Counted from the stretch's first letter, positions 45,001 to 59,794 are shown. The stretch is 64,000 nucleotides of DNA from Eledone cirrhosa (GCA_964016885.1 OZ024766.1:18042001-18106000), one strand, 5' to 3'. Numbers and translations are program-made. Notes: generated by a model not told the origin, from the sequence alone.

Positions 45001-48000
45001 ATATCCATGTAGGAGAACCCCTACCGATGGGCTGAACGAGTGTGACTTTTTAGTCCAGCCAGCGACTTGAAAACTCTGGTACAAACACTACACTTGTGAC
45101 AATTATTGACACATAGTGCTGGGCCCATGGTACCATGTGATGACAAGTGCAGAGAGGTCTCCAGATATAAAGCAATGCCTGTGCCATGAAGCTTTTATAG
45201 TGAGCAAAGGCACTGCACAAAGCCAGTCCCACTCTCTTAACCAAGATGATATTTAACAAAAAGAACAACAAGTCAACATCATTGGATACCATCAGGGTTG
45301 CAGGTGTTATATCATGGTCGGGTCGTTGGCGACTAAACTGGCAACCCCACCAAGGTTTCTTGGTGAGGAGGGTGACTTTCGACATCCTGCAGGACTAAAA
45401 ACAAAACCTGTCAAAGGGCAAAGGAGCTCTTAAGAGTCGATGGCCATCCAAAATCACCGGGAGAGATGACCCCTTAGCCTTTGTCAAGGCAGAATTCTAG
45501 GAGAAGGAAAACTCTGATATAACACCTGCAACCCTGATATATATATGTATATATATACATACATAAACAGCAATTTCTGTCTCTTTGTTTGTGAACCTAA
45601 AACTCAAAAACTACCAAACAGATCTTGATGAAATTTGACACATGTGTGGGGTTCATGGCCATTTGATTTCTTACATATATTTCATTTTAATCAAAGGGTT
45701 CATCGGTGGTTCAAACCCCAGTGAAATTTTTTTGCCGTGGCACCTCCACGACCACTTTACAGTGAGTGCTGGGTGCTTTTTTGCCGTGGCACCTCCACGA
45801 CCACTTTACAGTGAGTGCTGGGTGCTTTTTTGCCGTGGCACCTCCACGACCACTTTACAGTGAGTGCTGGGTGCTTTTTTGCTGTGGCACCTCCACGACC
45901 ACTTTACAGTGAGGGCTGGGTGCTTTTTTACCGTGGCACCTCCACGACCACTTTACAGAGTGAGCTGGGTGCTTTTTTGCCGTGGCACCTCCACGACCAC
46001 TTTACAGAGTGGGCTGGGTGCTTTTTTGCTGTGGCACCTCCACGACCACTTTACAGTGAGTGCTGGGTGCTTTTTTGCTGTGGCACCTCCACGACCACTT
46101 TACAGTGAGTGCTGGGTGCTTTTTTGCCGTGGCCCCACCACGACCACTTTACAGTGAGGGCTGGGTGCTTTTTTACCGTGGCACCTCCATGACCACTTTA
46201 CAGTGAGGGCTGGGTGCTTTTTTACCGTGGCACCTCCACGACCACTTTACAGAGTGGGCTGGGTGCTTTTTTGCCGTGGCACCTCCACGACCACTTTACA
46301 GAGTGGGCTGGGTGCTTTTTTGCTGTGGCACCTCCACGACCACTTTACAGTGAGTGCTGGGTGCTTTTTTGCCGTGGCCCCTCCACGACCACTTTACAGA
46401 GTGGGCTGGGTGCTTTTTTGCCGTGGCACCTCCACGACCACTTTACAGAGTGGGCTGGGTGCTTTTTTGCCGTGGCACCTCCACGACCACTTTACAGTGA
46501 GTGGTGGGTGCTTTTTTGCCGTGGCACCTCCACGACCACTTTACAGTGAGGGCTGGGTGCTTTTTTGCTGTGGCACCTCCACGACCACTTTACAGTGAGT
46601 GCTGGGTGCTTTTTTGCCGTGGCACCTCCACGACCACTTTACAGAGTGGGCTGGGTGCTTTTTTGCTGTGGCACCTCCACGACCACTTTACAGTGAGTGC
46701 TGGGTGCTTTTTTGCCATGGCACCTCCACGACCACTTTACAGTGAGTGCTGGGTGCTTTTTTGCCGTGGCACCTCCACAACCACTTTACAGTGAGTGCTG
46801 GGTGCTTTTTTGCCGTGGCACCTCCACGACCACTTTACAGTGAGTGCTGGGTGCTTTTTTGCCGTGGCACCTCCACGACCACTTTACAGTGGAATGATAG
46901 GGACCCCAGTCCCTATCATCTCATTTCTACAGCTGAGTAAACTGGAGCAATGTGAAATAAAGTGTCTTGCTCAAGGAAACAACACATCACCCGGTCTGAG
47001 AATTGAACTCACAACCTTTCGATTGCAAGGCCAATGCTCTAACCACTAAGCCATGTACCTCTCTATATGTATATATACCTCTCTCTCTCTCTCTATATAT
47101 ATATATATCACCTTATATGAACATGTTTCCCCAGGAATCCTCTAAAATGCGCTCCATCAAGGCCTTCGCATCCAACGAAGAGTTAAAGAATAAACTCGAA
47201 ATTGCTCTGAAGATGAAAGCCAAAAGGGAGCCGGATATGGCATATGTGAGTTATCTCCCCTTTACTTACCATTCCTAATTTTGGCCCATTAACCCCTCAG
47301 CATTTACATTACTCTATATATACTATTGTATTGTCACAGTAAAGGCTTTACCTCACATAATATCTCACATAACATTTACATTACTCTATATATACTATTG
47401 TATTGTCACAGTAAAGGCTTTACCTCACATAATATCTCACATAACATTTACATTACTCTATATATACTATTGTATTGTCACAGTAAAGGCTTTACCTCAC
47501 ATAATACCTCACATAACATTTACATTACTCTATATATACTATTGTATTGTCACAGTAAAGGCTTTACCTCACATAATATCTCACACAACATTTACATTAC
47601 TCTATATATACTATTGTATTGTCACAGTAAAGGCTTTACCTCACATAATACCTCACATAACATTTACATTATTCTATATATACTATTGTATTGTCACAGT
47701 AAAGGCTTTACCTCACATAATACCTCACATAACATTTACATTACTCTATATATACTATTGTATTGTCACAGTAAAGACTTTACCTCACATAATATCTCAC
47801 ATAGCATTTACATTATTCTATATATACTATTGTATTGTCACAGTAAAGGCTTTACCTCACATAATATCTCACATACCATTTACATTACTCTATATATACT
47901 ATTGTATTGTCACAGTAAAGGCTTTACCTCACATAATATCTCACATAACATCTACATTACTCTATATATACTATTGTATTGTCACAGTAAAGGCTTTACC

Positions 48001-51000
48001 TCACATAATATCTCACATAACATTTACATTACTCTATATATACTATTATATTTTCACTGTAAAGGCTTTACCTCACATAATATCTCACATAACATTTACA
48101 TTACTCTATATATACTATTGTATTGTCACAGTAAAGGCTTTACCTCACATAATATCTCACATAACATTTACATTACTCTATATATACTATTATATTTTCA
48201 CTGTAAAGGCTTTACCTCACATAATATCTCACATAACATTTACATTACTCTATATATACTATTGTATTGTCACAGTAAAGGCTTTACCTCACATAATATC
48301 TCACATAACATTTACATTACTCTATATATACTATTATATTTTCACTGTAAAGGCTTTACCTCACATAATATCTCACATAACATTTACATTACTCTATATA
48401 TACTATTGTATTGTCACAGTAAAGGCTTTACCTCACATAATACCTCACATAACATTTACATTACTCTATATATACTATTGTATTGTCACAGTAAAGGCTT
48501 TACCCCACATAATATCTCACATAACATTTACATTACTCTATATATACTATTGTATTGTCACAGTAAAGGCTTTACCTCACATAACATTTACATTACTCTA
48601 TATATACTATTATATTTTCACAGTAAAGGCTTTACCTCACATAATATCTCACATAACATTTACATTACTCTATATATACTATTGTATTGTCACAGTAAAG
48701 GCTTTACCTCACATAATATCTCACATAGCATTTACATTATTCTATATATACTATTGTATTGTCACAGTAAAGGCTTTACCTCACATAATATCTCACATAC
48801 CATTTACATTACTCTATATATACTATTGTATTGTCACAGTAAAGGCTTTACCTCACATAATATCTCACATAACATTTACATTACTCTATATATACTATTG
48901 TATTGTCACAGTAAAGGCTTTACCTCACATAATATCTCACATAACATTTACATTACTCTATATATACTATTATATTTTCACTGTAAAGGCTTTACCTCAC
49001 ATAATATCTCACATAACATTTACATTACTCTATATATACTATTGTATTGTCACAGTAAAGGCTTTACCTCACATAATACCTCACATAACATTTACATTAC
49101 TCTATATATACTATTGTATTGTCACAGTAAAGGCTTTACCCCACATAATATCTCACATAACATTTACATTACTCTATATATACTATTGTATTGTCACAGT
49201 AAAGGCTTTACCTCACATAATATCTCACATAACATTTACATTACTCTATATATACTATTATATTTTCACAGTAAAGGCTTTACCTCACATAATATCTCAC
49301 ATAACATTTACATTACTCTATATACACTATTGTATTGTCACAGTAAAGGCTTTACCTCACATAATATCTCACATAGCATTTACATTATTCTATATATACT
49401 ATTGTATTGTCACAGTAAAGGCTTTATCTCACATAATATCTCACATAACATTTACATTACTCTATATATACTATTGTATTGTCACAGTAAAGGCTTTACC
49501 TCACATAATATCTCACATAACATTTACATTACTCTATATATACTATTGTAGTGTCACGGTAAAGGCTTTACCTTACATAATACCTCACATAACATTTACA
49601 TTACTCTATATATACTATTGTATTGTCACAGTAAAGGCTTTACCTCACATAATACCTCACATAACATTTACATTACCTAAACCTAACTCTAACCCTCACC
49701 TTAAACCTAAGTTTAGCACCTAAACCTAACTCTAACCCTCACCTTAAACCTAAGTTTAGCACCTAAACCTAACTCTAACCCTCACCTTAAACCTAAGTTT
49801 AGCACCTAAACCTAACTCTAACCCTCACCTTAAACCAAAGTTTAGCCCCTAAACTTAACCCTAACCCCAACCCTACAAATCGCCAAAAAAGGAAGTCAAA
49901 GCTGCCCTTAACCCTTTCATGACCATATTTCTAATGAAATAAACCCTCTCTATTTTAATTAATTGTTTCTACTTTAGGCACAAGGCCAGGAAATACTGCA
50001 GTGTATTACTGGTATTTTATTTTATCAAACCCGTAATAATTGTTCCTACTTTTGGGGGCACAAGGCCAGCAATTACACCAGTGTATTACTGGTACTTTAT
50101 TTCATCGATCCCTTTAAAGATGAAAGGCAAAGTTAACCTCGGCGGGATTTGAACTCAGATTTTGAGTGATTTACTAAAATTAAATATTTCATTACTAAGA
50201 CATTACCTTAACATAAGGGGGTTCTTATATGAAATTATGTTGGAAGATTTTAATTTAAATAGGAACTCTTTACAATTTGTGGTTTTGATTCATAGAACCA
50301 GAGCTGGTTTTAGGGACCAAGTGGGTAAGAGAGGGATTTCATGAAGATTTTCCCATGTTAGTAAAGGTTAGTCTTTCAGTTACCTCCCTTTAGTTGGAAA
50401 ACGTTAAAATCTATTTAAAATTTGAATTATCTCCCTTGCTTTAGTTTATCACATTATCGTTTAAACCTTTAGCGTTTACATTACTCTATATATACTATTG
50501 TATTGTCACAGTAAAGGCTTTACCTCACATAATACCTCACATAACATTTACATTACTCTATATATACTATTGTATTGTCACAGTAAAGGCTTTACCTCAC
50601 ATAATACCTCACATAACATTTACATTACTCTATATATACTATTGTATTGTCACAGTAAAGGCTTTACCTCACATAATATCTCACATAACATTTACATTAC
50701 TCTATATATACTATTGTATTGTCACAGTAAAGGCTTTACCTCACATAATATCTCACGTAACATTTACATTACTCTATATATACTATTGTATTGTCACAGT
50801 AAAGGCTTTACCTCACATAATATCTCACATAACATTTACATTACTCTATATATACTATTGTATTGTCACAGTAAAGGCTTTACCTCACATAATATCTCAC
50901 ATAACATTTACATTACTCTATATATACTATTGTATTGTCACAGTAAAGGCTTTACCTCACATAATACCTCACATAACATTACATTACTCTATATATACTA

Positions 51001-52451
51001 TTGTATTGTCACAGTAAAGGCTTTACCTCACATAATACCTCACATAACATTTACATTACTCTATATATACTATTGTATTGTCACAGTAAAGGCTTTACTT
51101 CACATAATATCTCCCATAACATTTACATTACTCTATATATACTATTGTATTGTCACAGTAAAGGCTTTACCTCACATAATATCTCACATAACATTTACAT
51201 TACTCTATATATACTATTGTATTGTCACAGTAAAGGCTTTACCTCACATAATATCTCACATACATTATATATATTTCCAGTTAATGAAAGAGACAGAAGA
51301 GATTAAAGACAAAATGGCTTCCATCCATGGTGAGAGCCTGGAGCATGTGTCTGCCATAGCGGAGATGAAAGCTAAAGCTACTGAAATCAGGGCTTCCAAT
51401 GTAAGTTGATCTTGTTGTTGTTACTGTGACAATTCCATGTTTTATGATTTATTATTATTGTATATCTGTGTGTGTGTATCTGCTGATATGCAGATCTGAC
51501 TGATCAGTGGATCAGCTAATATGCAGATCTGACTGATCAGCCAGTCTGCTAATATACAAATCTGACTGATCAGGGGATCAGCTAATATACAAATCTGGCT
51601 GATCAGTGGATCAGCTAATATGCAAATCAGGCTGATCAGTGGATCAGCTAATATGCAAATCTGGCTGATCAGTGGATCAGCTAATATGCAAATCTGGCTG
51701 ATCAGTGGATCAGCTAATATGCAAATCAGGCTGATCAGTGGATCAGCTAATATGCAAATCAGGCTGATCAGTGGATCAGCTAATATGCAAATCAGGCTGA
51801 TCAGTGGATCAGCTAATATACAAATCTGGCTGATCAGTCACTGTATATTTTCGAAAATATCATATATTTTCTCTAGCTCTGACAGTTTGGCAGGTGAACA
51901 GTGAGCTGTACTGATGAAGGGTGATCACCCAGAAACATTAGTGTCTGCAGTTCTGTTCACATGCCAACACAAGAGCAAGAATGAAGGGTTCATCCTACTG
52001 ACATGGCTTTAAAATTGAGGCTTGTTTGCATAATTGCAAACGAATCGAATGTTGTTGTTAATATTCGAAAAACTCGGATTACATTTATTGTATGTGTATA
52101 TATATATATATAAACAAAGAAAGGAATCCCCAGTCACTGAAGAGGTCACAGAGTGTGTGACGAAAGGACTATGACTATATATAAACAACTATCTGGTTGT
52201 GGAACCAACCAACCAAACAGAAATTTATAAATTTGTAGATTTGTAAATTTATAAATATATAATAAATTGAAGTGAAAGCAACTGGTGCGTGTGTTTCTTA
52301 TTGGCAACATGACCCTCCCAAAGTATAACAATATATATATATATATATATATAGTAAACTATATATATATATATATATAATATATAATAAATTGAAGTGA
52401 AAGCAACTGGTGCGTGTGTTTCTTATTGGCAACATGACCCTCCCAAAGTAT

Positions 52452-52504
<53 letters not shown>

Positions 52505-52569
52505 AATAAATTGAAGTGAAAGCAACTGGTGCGTGTGTTTCTTATTGGCAACATGACCCTCCCAAAGTA

Positions 52570-52604
<35 letters not shown>

Positions 52605-52884
52605 AACTATATATATATATATAATTTATAATATATTGAAGTGAAAGCAACTGGTGCGTGTGTTTCTTATTGGCAACATGACCCTCCCAAAGTATAACAA
52701 TATATATATATATATATATATAGTAAACTATATATATATATATATATATAATTTATAATAAATTGAAGTGAAAGCAACTGGTGCGTGTGTTTCTTATTGG
52801 CAACATGACCCTCCCAAAGTATAACAATATCGGTTTCAACACACGATTTCAGATAAAGAATCTTGCTAAACAAATTCAGAAACG

Positions 52885-52920
<36 letters not shown>

Positions 52921-53092
52921 ATATATTTACACTGTAAATGTGGTTGGTGTTAGGAAGGGCATCCAGCCGTAGAAAACCTGCCAGATAGTCCTATATGAGC
53001 GAGACACGGTCACCCGACCAATCTTGCCTCAAGTGGGACAAGTCCCGTCTTAACCCATGCTAGCGTGGAAGATGGACGTTAAATGATGATGA

Positions 53093-53160
<68 letters not shown>

Positions 53161-54684
53161 TCATCATTTTACGTTCGCTTTTCCCTGCTTGCAAGGGTGG
53201 GACGGGAACTTATTCTGGCTTGATTTCTACAGCTGGATGCCCTTCCTAACACCAACCTCATTTACAGTGAGTGCTGGGTGCTTTTTTGCCGTGGCACCTC
53301 TACGACCACTTTACAGTGAGTGCTGGGTGCTTTTTTGCCGTGGGACCTCCACGACCGCTTTACAGTGAGTGCTGGGTGCTTTTTTGCTGTGGCACCTCTA
53401 CGACCACTTTACAGTGAGTGCTGGGTGCTTTTTTGCCGTGGCACCTCCATGACCGCTTTACAGTGAGTGCTGGGTGCTTTCTTGCTGTGGCACCTCTACG
53501 ACCACTTTACAGTGAGTGCTGGGTGCTTTTTTGCTGTGGCACCTCCACGACCACTTTACAGTGAGTGCTGGGTGCTTTTTTGCCGTGGCACCTCCACGAC
53601 CACTTGACAGTGAGTGCTGGATGCTTTTTTGCCGTGGCACCTCCACGACCACTTTACAGTGAGGGCTGGGTGCTTTTTTGCCGTGGCACCTCCACGACCA
53701 CTTTACAGTGAGGGCTGGGTGCTTTTTTGCTGTGGCACCTCCACGACCACTTTACAGTGAGTGCTGGGTGCTTTTTTGCTGTGGCACCTCTACGACCACT
53801 TTACAGTGAGTGCTGGGTGCTTTTTTGTCGTGGCACCTCCACGACCGCTTTACAGTGAGTGCTGGGTGCTTTTTTGCCGTGGCACCTCCACGACCACTTT
53901 ACAGTGAGTGCTGGGTGCTTTCTTGCTGTGGCACCTCCACGACCACTTTACAGTATGTGCTGGGTGCTTTTTTGCCGTGGCACCTCCACGACCACTTTAC
54001 AGTATGTGCTGGGTGCTTTTTTGCCGTGGCACCTCCACGACCACTTTACAGTGAGTGCTGGGTGCTTTTTTGCCGTGGCACCTCCACAACCACTTTTCAG
54101 TGAGTGCTGGGTGCTTTCTTGCTGTGGCACCTCCACGACCACTTTACAGTATGTGCTGGGTGCTTTTTTGCCGTGGCACCTCCACGACCACTTTACAGTG
54201 AGTGCTGGGTGCTTTTTGCCGTGGCACCTCCACGACCACTTTACAGTGAGTGCTGGGTGCTTTTTTGCCATGGCACCTCCACGACCACTTTACAGTGAGT
54301 GCTGGGTGCTTTTTTGCCGTTGCACCTCCACGACCACTTTACAGTGAGTGCTGGGTGCTTTTTTGCCGTGGCACCTCCACGACCACTTTACAGTGAGTGC
54401 TGGGTGCTTTTTTGCCGTGGCACCTCCACATGACCACTATACAGTGAGTGCTGGGTGCTTTCTTGCTGTGGTACCTCCACGACCACTTTACAGTGGAATG
54501 ATAGGGACCCCAGTCCTTATCATCTCATTTCTACAGCTGAGTAAACTGGAGCAATGTGAAATAAAGTGTCTTGCTCAAGGAAACAACACATCACCCGGTC
54601 TGAGGATTGAACTCACAACCTTTCGATTGCAAGGCCAATGCTCTAACCACTAAGCCATGTGCCTCCATTGCATATGTAAATCTT

Positions 54685-54748
<64 letters not shown>

Positions 54749-57700
54749 CACACACACACCTATACAATGGTATTGATGGAGGGAGGGACTTGACTATGTG
54801 TTTCAGGCGCAGAAGAAGTGCGAGATCGTGAAAGTGAAGCAAAAGTGCGACAAGCTGCAACAGAACATTGTGCAGTCTCCGGAAAAGGTGAGGGAGAAGA
54901 TAAACTTGCTGAAGGAGAGAGTGGAGAAGGTTAAAGAGGTGGCGCTGGTGAAGGTCTCCACGGCAACCAACCACGGCAACAGGCTGTCGCAGATGAATGC
55001 GTCCATTGCTCTGCAGGGCCAGACGCTGAAGCTGTTCGTTACCATGGAGGACGACTTGAATAGGGCAGAGTGAGTACTTGTGGTGGTGTGGTGGTGTGTG
55101 GTGTGGTGTGGGGGTTGTGGTGGTGTGTGGTGTGGGGGTTGTGTGGTGTGTGGTGTGGGGGTTGTGGTGGTGTGTGGTGTGGGGGTTGTGGTGGTGTGTG
55201 TGTGGTGTGGGGGTTGTGGTGGTGTGTGGTGTGGGGGTTGTGGTGGTGTGTGGTGTGGGGGTTGTGGTGGTGTGTGGTGTGGGGGTTGTGGTGTGGGTGT
55301 TGTGGTGTGGTGTGGGGGTTGTGGGGGTGTGTGGTGTGGGGGTCGTGGTGGTGGTGTGAGGGGTGTGGTGTAGTGGTGGTGGTGGTGTGGGGGGTGTGGG
55401 GGTTGTGGTGGTGTGTGGTGTGGGGGTTGTGGTGGTGTGGTGTAGTGGTGGTGGTGGTGTGTGGTGTGGTGTGGGGGTTGTGGTGGTGGTGTGTGGTGTG
55501 GGGGTTGTGGTGTGGTGGTGGGGGTTGTGGTGGTGGTGGTGTGTGGTGTGGGGGTTGTGGTGTGGTGTGGGGGTTGTGGTGGTGTGTGGTGTAGTGTGGG
55601 GGTTGTGGTGGTGTGTGGTGGTGTGGGGGTTGTGGTGTGGTGTGGTGTGGTGTAGTGTGGGGGTTGTGGTGGTGTGGTGTGGTGGTGTGTGGTGTGGTGT
55701 AGTGTGGGGGTTGTGGTGGTGTGGGGGTTGTGGTTGTGGTGGTGTGGGGGTTGTGGTGTGGTGTGGTGTGGGGGTTGTGGTGTGGTGTGGTGTGGGGGTT
55801 GTGGTGGTGTGTGGTGTGGGGGTTGTGGTGGTGTGTGGTGTGGGGGTTGTGGTGGTGTGTGGGGGTTGTGGTGGTGTGGGGGTTGTGGTGGTGTGTGGTG
55901 TGGGGGTTGTGGTGGTGTGTGGTGTGTGGGTTGTGGTGGGGTGTGGTGTTGTGGTGGTGTGGGTTGTGGTGTGTAGTGTGGTGGTGTGGGGGTTGTGGTG
56001 TGGGGGTTGTGATGTAGTGTGGTGTGGGGGTTGTGGTGGTGTGGGGGTTGTGATGTAGTGTGGTGTGGTGTGGGGGTTGTGGTGGTGTGTGGGGGTTGTG
56101 GTGGTGTGTGGTGTGGGGATTGTGGTGTGGGGGGGTTGTGGTGTGGGGGGGGGGGGTTGTGGTGTGTGGTGTGGGGGTTGGGGGGGGTTGTGGTGGTGTG
56201 TGGTGTGGGGGTTGCGGTGGTGTGTGGTGTGGGGGTTGTGGGGGTGTGTGGTGTGGGGGTTGTGGCGGTGTGGGGGTTGTGGTGGTGTGGGGTGTGGTAG
56301 TGTGGTGTGGGGGGTGTGGTGGTGTGTGGTGTGGGGGTTGTGGTGTGGTGTGGTGTGGGGGTTGTGGTGGTGTGTGGTGTGGGGGTTGTGGTGTGGGGGT
56401 TGTGGTGTAGTGTGGTGTGGTGTGGTGTGGGGGTTGTGGTGTGGTGTGGGGGTTGTGGTGGTGTGTGGTGTGGGGGTTGTGGTGGTGTGTGGTGTGGGGG
56501 TTGTGGTAGTGTGGGGGTTGTGGTGGTGTGTGGTGTGGGGGTGGTGTGTGGTGTTGTGGTGGTGTGTGGTGTGGGGGTTGTGGTGGTGTGTGGTGTGGGG
56601 GTTGTGGTGGTGTGTGATGTGGGGGTTGTGGTGGTGTGTGGTGTGGGGGTTGTGGTGTGGTAGTGTGGGGGTTGTGGTGGTGTGGTGGTGTGTGGTGTGG
56701 GGGTTGTGGTGGTGTGTGGTGTGGGGGTTGTGGTGGTGTGTGATGTGGGGGTTGTGGTGGTGTGTGGTGTGGTGTGGTGGTGTGGGGGTTGTGGTGTGGG
56801 GGTTGTGATGTAGTGGTGTAGTGTGGTGGTGGTGGTGGTGTGTGGTGTGGGGGTTGTGATGTAGTGGTGTAGTGTGGTGGTGGTGGTGTGTGGTGTGGAG
56901 GTTGTGATGTAGTGTGGTGGTGTGTGTTGTGGTGGTTGTGATGTAGTGGTGGGGGGGGGGGGGGGGTAGTGCGGTGGGGGGGGGGGGGTTGTGATGTAAT
57001 GGTGTAGTGTGGTGGTTGTGATGTGGTGTGGTGTGGGGGTGGTGGTGTGGTGTAGTAGTGTAGTGGTGGTGGTGGTGGTGTTACTGTAGTGGTGTGGTGT
57101 AGTAGTGTTGTGGTGGTGGTGTGTGTGTAGTAGTGCAGGTGTGGTGTAGTGGTGGTGGTGGTGGTGGTAGTATAGTGGTGTTACTGTGGTGGTGGTGGTG
57201 GTAGTATAGTGGTGTTACTGTGGTGGTGGTGGTGTTGTTTCATTTCAAACATTAACTGATAATGACATTTTCCTTTCACTTCCCTTTCATTTTCATTTCA
57301 CTTTCATTTCATTTTCCTTTCACTCTCCTTTCATTTTCCTCTTACTTTCATTTCGTTTCACTTTCCTTTCACCAGAGAGATTAAGGAGGAATCGAAGAAA
57401 GTGAAGGAGACGAAAGTAATGAATGCAATGAAGATGAAAGCTCTGCAGCTGCAAGAGAGCGACATTAAGGAATTGCTGGTTGTTATCCAGGAGAGAAGTG
57501 ACAAGTTTAACACACAGAAACGTGTGAGAATGTCAGACTTTGAGGCTTCCTATCCACAAAATACAGAGTAAGTATTGGTGCTAGTACTGTAGTGGTACTT
57601 TGACGTTGTAGTGGTGGTGTTGTGTCGTGACACCTACATCACCACTTTACAGGGTGGACTGGGTGCTGTTTGTTGTGACACACCTACATGACCACTTTAC

Positions 57701-59761
57701 AGAGTGGACTGGGTGCTGTTTGTTGTGACACCTACATGACCACTTTACAGTGTGGACTGGGTGCTGTTTGTTGTGACACCTACATGACCACTTTACAGTG
57801 TAGACTGGGTATTTTTTGTTGTGACACCTACATGACCACTTTACAGTGTGGACTGGGTGCTGTTTGTCGTGACACCTACATGACCACTTTACAGTGTGGA
57901 CTGGGTGCTATTTGTTGTGACACCTACACGACCACTTTACAGTGTGGACTGGGTACTTTTTGTTGTGACACCTATATGACCACTTTACAGTGTGGACTGG
58001 GTACTTTTTGTTGTGACACCTATATGACCACTTTACAGTGTGGACTGGGTACTTTTTGTTGTGATACCTACATTACCACTTTACAGTGTGGACTGGGTAC
58101 TTTTTGTTGTGATACCTACACAACCACTTTACAGTGTGGACTGAGTACTTTTTGTTGTGACACCTACATGACCACTTTACAGTGTGGACTAGGTGTTTTT
58201 TGTTGTAACACTTACATGACCACTTTACAGTGTGGACTGGGTGCTGTTTGTTGTGACACCTACATTACCACTTTACAGTGTGGACTGGGTACTTTTTGTT
58301 GTGACACCTACATGACCACTTTACAGTGTGGACTGGGTGTTTTTTGTTGTAACACTTACATGACCACTTTACAGTGTGGACTGGGTGCTGTTTGTTGTGA
58401 CACCTACATTACCACTTTACAGTGTGGACTGGGTACTTTTTGTTGTGACACCTACATGACCACTTTACAGTGTGGACTGGGTGTTTTTTGTTGTAACACT
58501 TACATGACCACTTTACAGTGTGGACTGGGTGCTATTTGTTGTGACACCTACATGACCACTTTACAGTGTGGACTGGGTACCTTTTGTTGTGACACCTACA
58601 TGACCACTTTATAGTGTGAACTGGGTACTATTTGTTGTGACACCTACACGACCACTTTACAGTGTGGACTGGGTACTTTTTGTTGTGACACCTACACGAC
58701 CACTTTACAGTGTGGACTGGGTGCTATTTGTCGTGACACCTACATGACCACTTTACAGTGTGGACTGGGTGGTTTTTGTTGTGACACCTACATGACCAAT
58801 TTACAGTGTGGACTGGGTACTTTTTGTTGTGACACCTACACGACCACTTTACAGTGTGGACTGGGTACATTTGGTACACTAATGTTTCTGGGTGATTACC
58901 CTTCATCAGTGTAGTTCACTTCTCTCCTGCCAAACTCTGAGCTAGAGAAAATATATGATATTTTCTGAAATATACAGTGACTGATCGAAAAACTCTGACG
59001 ACATTTATTGTATTCAGCCATGTAGAGTGTTAATTTTATATACATGTATATGTATATATGTGTATGTGTGTATATATATGTATGTGTAATTGTGTGTGTG
59101 TGTATATATGTGTGTGTGTGTATATATATGTGTGTGTGTGTATATATATATGTGTGTGTATATATATATATGTCTGTGTATGTATATATATGTGTGTGTG
59201 TATATATATATATGTCTGTGTATGTATATATATGTATATATGTGTGTATGTATATATAGGTGTATGTATATATATGTATATATAGGTGTATATATATATG
59301 TATGTATATATAGGTGTGTATATATATATATGTATATATAGGTGTGTGTATATATATATATATGTGTGTGTGTATGTATATTTAGGTGTATATATATATG
59401 TATATAAAGGTGTGTGTATATATATATATGTATATATAGGTGTGTGTATATATATATATATAGGTGTGTGTATATATATATATATATGTGTGTGTATATG
59501 TATATATAGGTGTATATATATATGTATATAAAGGTGTGTGTATATATATATATGTATATAAAGGTGTGTGTATATATATATATGTATATATAGGTGTGTG
59601 TATATATATATATATGTGTGTGTGTATGTATATATAGGTGTATATATATATGTATATAAAGGTGTGTGTGTATATATATATGTATATATAGGTGTGTGTA
59701 TATATATATATATATGTGTGTATATGTATATATAGGTGTATATATATATATGTATATATAG

Positions 59762-59794
<33 letters not shown>

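Noticed and set aside
47326-49551. 741-aa ORF, and similar ORFs at 41764-43815, 50498-51280 and 57688-58614
   Set aside because: Translations of 72- and 48-bp tandem repeats whose unit length is a multiple of 3; they lie inside NUF2 introns
49677-49875. Telomere-like CCCTAA repeats
   Set aside because: A 43-bp unit with only degenerate TAACCC words, not a true telomeric array
52255-52830. CRISPR-like repeat-spacer appearance
   Set aside because: Spacers are only variable (TA)n, repeats are about 75 bp, no cas genes, eukaryotic intron
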